Source: a virus (lineage: Duplodnaviria > Caudoviricetes). Taken from it: 64,000 nt of DNA. The DNA is taken from positions 160,001 to 224,000 of the IMG/VR virus record IMGVR_UViG_3300014000_000001; one strand, 5' to 3'. The translations under genes were made by a program, and so were the position numbers. The number at the start of each line of letters is the position of its first letter. Position 1 is the stretch's first letter. This document shows positions 61,387 to 64,000 of the stretch, piece by piece. A model generated the notes under the pieces. The model had not been told where the DNA came from, searched no databases, and saw nothing but the letters and a program-made list of their open reading frames with translations.

Positions 61387-62342
61387 TGGCTGATGAATTA
61401 GTACAAGCGAAATTATCATTTACTATGCCTATTCGTGGAACTACGGTATCTGTGAATGCACCGCCTTTGATAGTAAAAGATAAAGTTCCTACCTTTAGTT
61501 TAGTGCCAGCCTCAACATCAGTCAATGAGGGATCAACTTTCTGGATCACTTTGTTCACGAGCAATATTCCAAGAGATGGTTCAGTTAAAGTGAGATGGTG
61601 GTTAGATTGGTTGAATGGTTCTGGTGCGAATGATGTAGTCGGTGGTGCTGGAAATCCATATGTGGTTTATTTGGCTTCGGATGGTACTCATCGAATGGGG
61701 TGGGATATTATTGCAGATAATCTAACCGAAGGCACTGAATCATTCAATGTGCGCTGTCAGGTGTTCAGAGAGAGTGATAATTATCAATATGCTGATCTTA
61801 GTTTGAATGGGATCTATGTGAATGATACGTCTAAAAATAGTGTCAACTACTATAATTTATCAAATATCAAAGATGATAAATCTCAGATATTAAGATATAG
61901 TCGATACGATAGTTATCCAAGTTATCACAATGATGATGGAGGGACAATCTGGGTTGGAGGTAACGATAGCGCATATGGGTCATTGGATCCACAAAGCGTT
62001 GTGTTGGCAGGTAATACATATACCATCGATTATATGACCATTATATCATCACTCAATAATACGGGTGAATATTATTCGTATATATCTTTACTCCTTAAAG
62101 GGGATAACCCAGCGCAGTTGGCAAAACTAAATAAATCCACAGTTAGTATTGTGATCAATGGTATGGAAATTCCTTTATTTTGCTACATGACTTTACAAAA
62201 TGGTGACATCTATAAAGGATTTAGTAACACTGATCGCGTCGCAGTGATGGATTCTGGAGGAGCCACTGTGCCTTTCCCTAGTAATGCTTCCTGGCTTAAC
62301 ATCCCAGCATCTGGAAGTATGCTGTTCAAATACACAGGCTAA
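61386..62342 (+). CDS. Putative fibre tip protein (one Ig/Calx-beta-like repeat plus unique C-terminal domain)
   Basis: TAATG coupling; SVNEG..ADNLTEGTESF..VNDTS repeat of the same type as in fibres A and B. Confidence 0.68.
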   Translation: MADELVQAKLSFTMPIRGTTVSVNAPPLIVKDKVPTFSLVPASTSVNEGSTFWITLFTSNIPRDGSVKVRWWLDWLNGSGANDVVGGAGNPYVVYLASDGTHRMGWDIIADNLTEGTESFNVRCQVFRESDNYQYADLSLNGIYVNDTSKNSVNYYNLSNIKDDKSQILRYSRYDSYPSYHNDDGGTIWVGGNDSAYGSLDPQSVVLAGNTYTIDYMTIISSLNNTGEYYSYISLLLKGDNPAQLAKLNKSTVSIVINGMEIPLFCYMTLQNGDIYKGFSNTDRVAVMDSGGATVPFPSNASWLNIPASGSMLFKYTG

Positions 62343-62353
62343 CATCATAAACG

Positions 62354-62383
62354 AGATAGAGCATCCCTAGGGATGCTCTATCT
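62354..62383. terminator. CCTAGG-centred perfect palindrome (30 bp) between convergent genes
   Basis: agatagagcatccct|agggatgctctatct. Confidence 0.75.
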
Positions 62384-62397
62384 TTAATTATGCTCAA

Positions 62398-62416
62398 ATA
62401 TATATTATCTAATTGA
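62398..62416 (+). promoter_or_regulatory. Putative early promoter, copy 5 (antisense to spike gene)
   Basis: ATATATATTATCTAAtTGA abutting the stop codon of the minus-strand spike gene. Confidence 0.6.
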
Positions 62417-63418
62417 TCAGTGTGGTGTCGAGGTATCTTTCCCATCGCCTTGTTCAGTGTGAACGTGAGTATCCCCAATATTAGTTCCATTATGACTAAG
62501 CTCAGATACATTGAATTTAACCCCAGCGCCCGTCATGGTCATTCCACCACCTGTATTCATGGTACCTGTAGTATAATCAAAAGATAAACCACTACCACTC
62601 CAATTAGTATTTGGATAAGTCCCCGTAAAGGTTTCTCCATTCATGGTGGTTTGGGTAGTTTCAGCAATCAAATGCTCTGTGACAATCTTCACTTCTTCAC
62701 TGGCTTGAATTAGGATCTTAGTTTTATCTATCTTAACCGTGGAGTTATCCATGTTGTATAGTTCGATTAAACTATTCATGGAGTCTAACAATAACCCATT
62801 ACCTAGCGTGTCTGAGAGTGAAAAGTTACTATCTTTGTAATTCAATTGAAGCGTGTATCCACACTTCTCCCCATCATTAGTGGGTGTCATTAGTGTAATA
62901 TGTTTATCTACTGTATTAAACTCTAAGAACACACTATTAGCTGCTGTAAGTTCAGTGGCACTTTCATCAATGGTATTAGAGAACACTAACAACATAATAT
63001 CACGACGACGTAAGTGGTTGGAGGTACCCATTAACTCCCAATAGAATTGATCGGTATCCCCTACACGCCAAATAATGACTTCCTCACCACGGCGTACAAG
63101 TCCTGGGGTTTTAAGCCAAGGATTGCGTGATAACCACTTAGCCCGAATCGCGTTAGAAGCAGTTACCTTCTCTGAATAGTTGTTTCCATTACCATCTACA
63201 CCTGTCGTGGTGTAGTCTGAGATATTATCGGTAACCTCACCGTCTGCATAGGTTCTACTTTCTGATGGGAAAACAGATAGCTCAGTTTGTCCTACTTGTA
63301 GATTAGCTGCAGCTATACCTACTGAATACATTTGTAAAATTGATGCACTACCTTTACCTAAAGTACGTGTGCCTGCAGGATTACTCTTTTGGTAATCCTG
63401 TATATTCGTTTCATTCAT
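62417..63418 (-). CDS. Baseplate central spike (phiKZ gp164-like; gpV/gp138 type)
   Basis: YSVGIAAAN and TPGLVRRGEEVIIWR OB-fold region, beta-helix-like repeats, C-terminal HNGTNIGDTHVH...TSTP with HxH metal-binding apex. Confidence 0.85.
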   Translation of the reverse strand: MNETNIQDYQKSNPAGTRTLGKGSASILQMYSVGIAAANLQVGQTELSVFPSESRTYADGEVTDNISDYTTTGVDGNGNNYSEKVTASNAIRAKWLSRNPWLKTPGLVRRGEEVIIWRVGDTDQFYWELMGTSNHLRRRDIMLLVFSNTIDESATELTAANSVFLEFNTVDKHITLMTPTNDGEKCGYTLQLNYKDSNFSLSDTLGNGLLLDSMNSLIELYNMDNSTVKIDKTKILIQASEEVKIVTEHLIAETTQTTMNGETFTGTYPNTNWSGSGLSFDYTTGTMNTGGGMTMTGAGVKFNVSELSHNGTNIGDTHVHTEQGDGKDTSTPH

Positions 63419-63443
63419 AATTTGTTCAACCTAGAGGTTTTTA

Positions 63444-63791
63444 ATGTTTATTATCCATACAAATTCGCAAACTGATGAGCGTCAGATTTTAACAGGCTTA
63501 TTTGCTCAATATCGACGTCCATGCTTCTATGGTGGTATTGATATAGATATGTGTAAAACTTATGTAACTGATTTAATTACTCTTTACGATTTAACGTGGG
63601 AGAAATCAGGTGCAACTCATGCAGAAGATTTTGATATTATCACTTCTGAATTATTGAGTGATATTCGTTACGAAATTAACCAAACTTGTAAGAAAGCCAA
63701 TATTGAATTCGAATGGTTTAAACGCACCCTTTACAATAAAGGCTGCATAGATAAATGGGAAGCCCTATCAGCTTCCCATCTTCTATCTTAA
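63444..63791 (+). CDS. Hypothetical protein
   Basis: 115-aa ORF, AGAGGT RBS. Confidence 0.68.
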   Translation: MFIIHTNSQTDERQILTGLFAQYRRPCFYGGIDIDMCKTYVTDLITLYDLTWEKSGATHAEDFDIITSELLSDIRYEINQTCKKANIEFEWFKRTLYNKGCIDKWEALSASHLLS

Positions 63792-63910
63792 CTTTCAGGC
63801 GTTAGATATAATGCTTCAACTGGAAGATTGTATCGTTTTAAGAATTGTTGGTCTTCCTCTGACAATTCAATCTCTTCAACAGCTTCTTGCACTGGTTGGT
63901 TATTTTCCAT
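63788..63910 (-). CDS. 40-aa acidic peptide (absent from ORF track)
   Basis: MENNQPVQEAVEEIELSEEDQQFLKRYNLPVEALYLTPES*; AAGGAG 7 nt upstream; stop overlaps the convergent gene's stop. Confidence 0.6.
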   Translation of the reverse strand: MENNQPVQEAVEEIELSEEDQQFLKRYNLPVEALYLTPES

Positions 63911-64000
63911 AACCAATCTCCTTAAATAGAGAGTTAAACTAATTAGCAAGATGTTTAAGGGCATCTTACGCAGAAGGTCGAACTTAAAATCGTTCTATTG

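Noticed and set aside
43264-62342. Diversity-generating retroelement or invertase-based tail fibre switching
   Set aside because: No reverse transcriptase, recombinase, template/variable repeat pair or inverted crossover sites seen in the window.
34662-62383. CRISPR array or REP/MITE interpretation of the palindromes
   Set aside because: Copies are isolated, arms are not conserved, and there are no regular spacers, cas genes, transposase or target-site duplications.
735-63044. Numerous short ORFs nested in or antisense to long genes (e.g. 735..1022, 2738..3073, 19256..19612, 39443..39934)
   Set aside because: Shadow frames of real genes; no RBS or recognisable motifs.
63911-64000. 3' end of a further minus-strand gene at the window edge
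   Set aside because: Too little sequence to assign a frame or product.

Overview
AT-rich, densely coding 64-kb segment of a phiKZ-like (nucleus-forming, Chimalliviridae-type) jumbo myophage. The assignment rests on recognisable proteins in phiKZ-like gene order: DnaB-like helicase divergent from the major capsid gene, a non-virion RNA polymerase beta-type subunit, portal, a RuvC-like resolvase, endolysin, tail-fibre genes and a central spike with an HxH apex. phiKZ gene numbers are given from recall of family sequence and synteny, not from a search. The GH19 endolysin resembles Acinetobacter (pro)phage lysins, so an Acinetobacter-like host is a tentative inference. No tRNA, rRNA, CRISPR array or IS element was seen. 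The main discovery candidate is a split-domain receptor-binding system. Two paralogous ~1840-aa fibres each carry 12 complete Ig/Calx-beta-like repeats plus a 13th that stops before its last two beta-strands, and two separate small genes (one a T-even gp38-like adhesin) begin with exactly those missing strands, suggesting donor-strand attachment of exchangeable tips. A second, independent cluster (22.3-33.5 kb) shows orphan N-halves and C-halves of a Cys-bracketed module spread over four genes. Other observations: eight spacer-less CCTAGG-centred 30-34 bp intergenic palindromes, a five-copy early-promoter motif (one copy antisense to the spike gene), a recurrent [IVL]-K-[LMF]-E motif in capsid and portal pro-regions, a portal-like segment in a non-structural gene, and an orphan Phd/YefM-like antitoxin.
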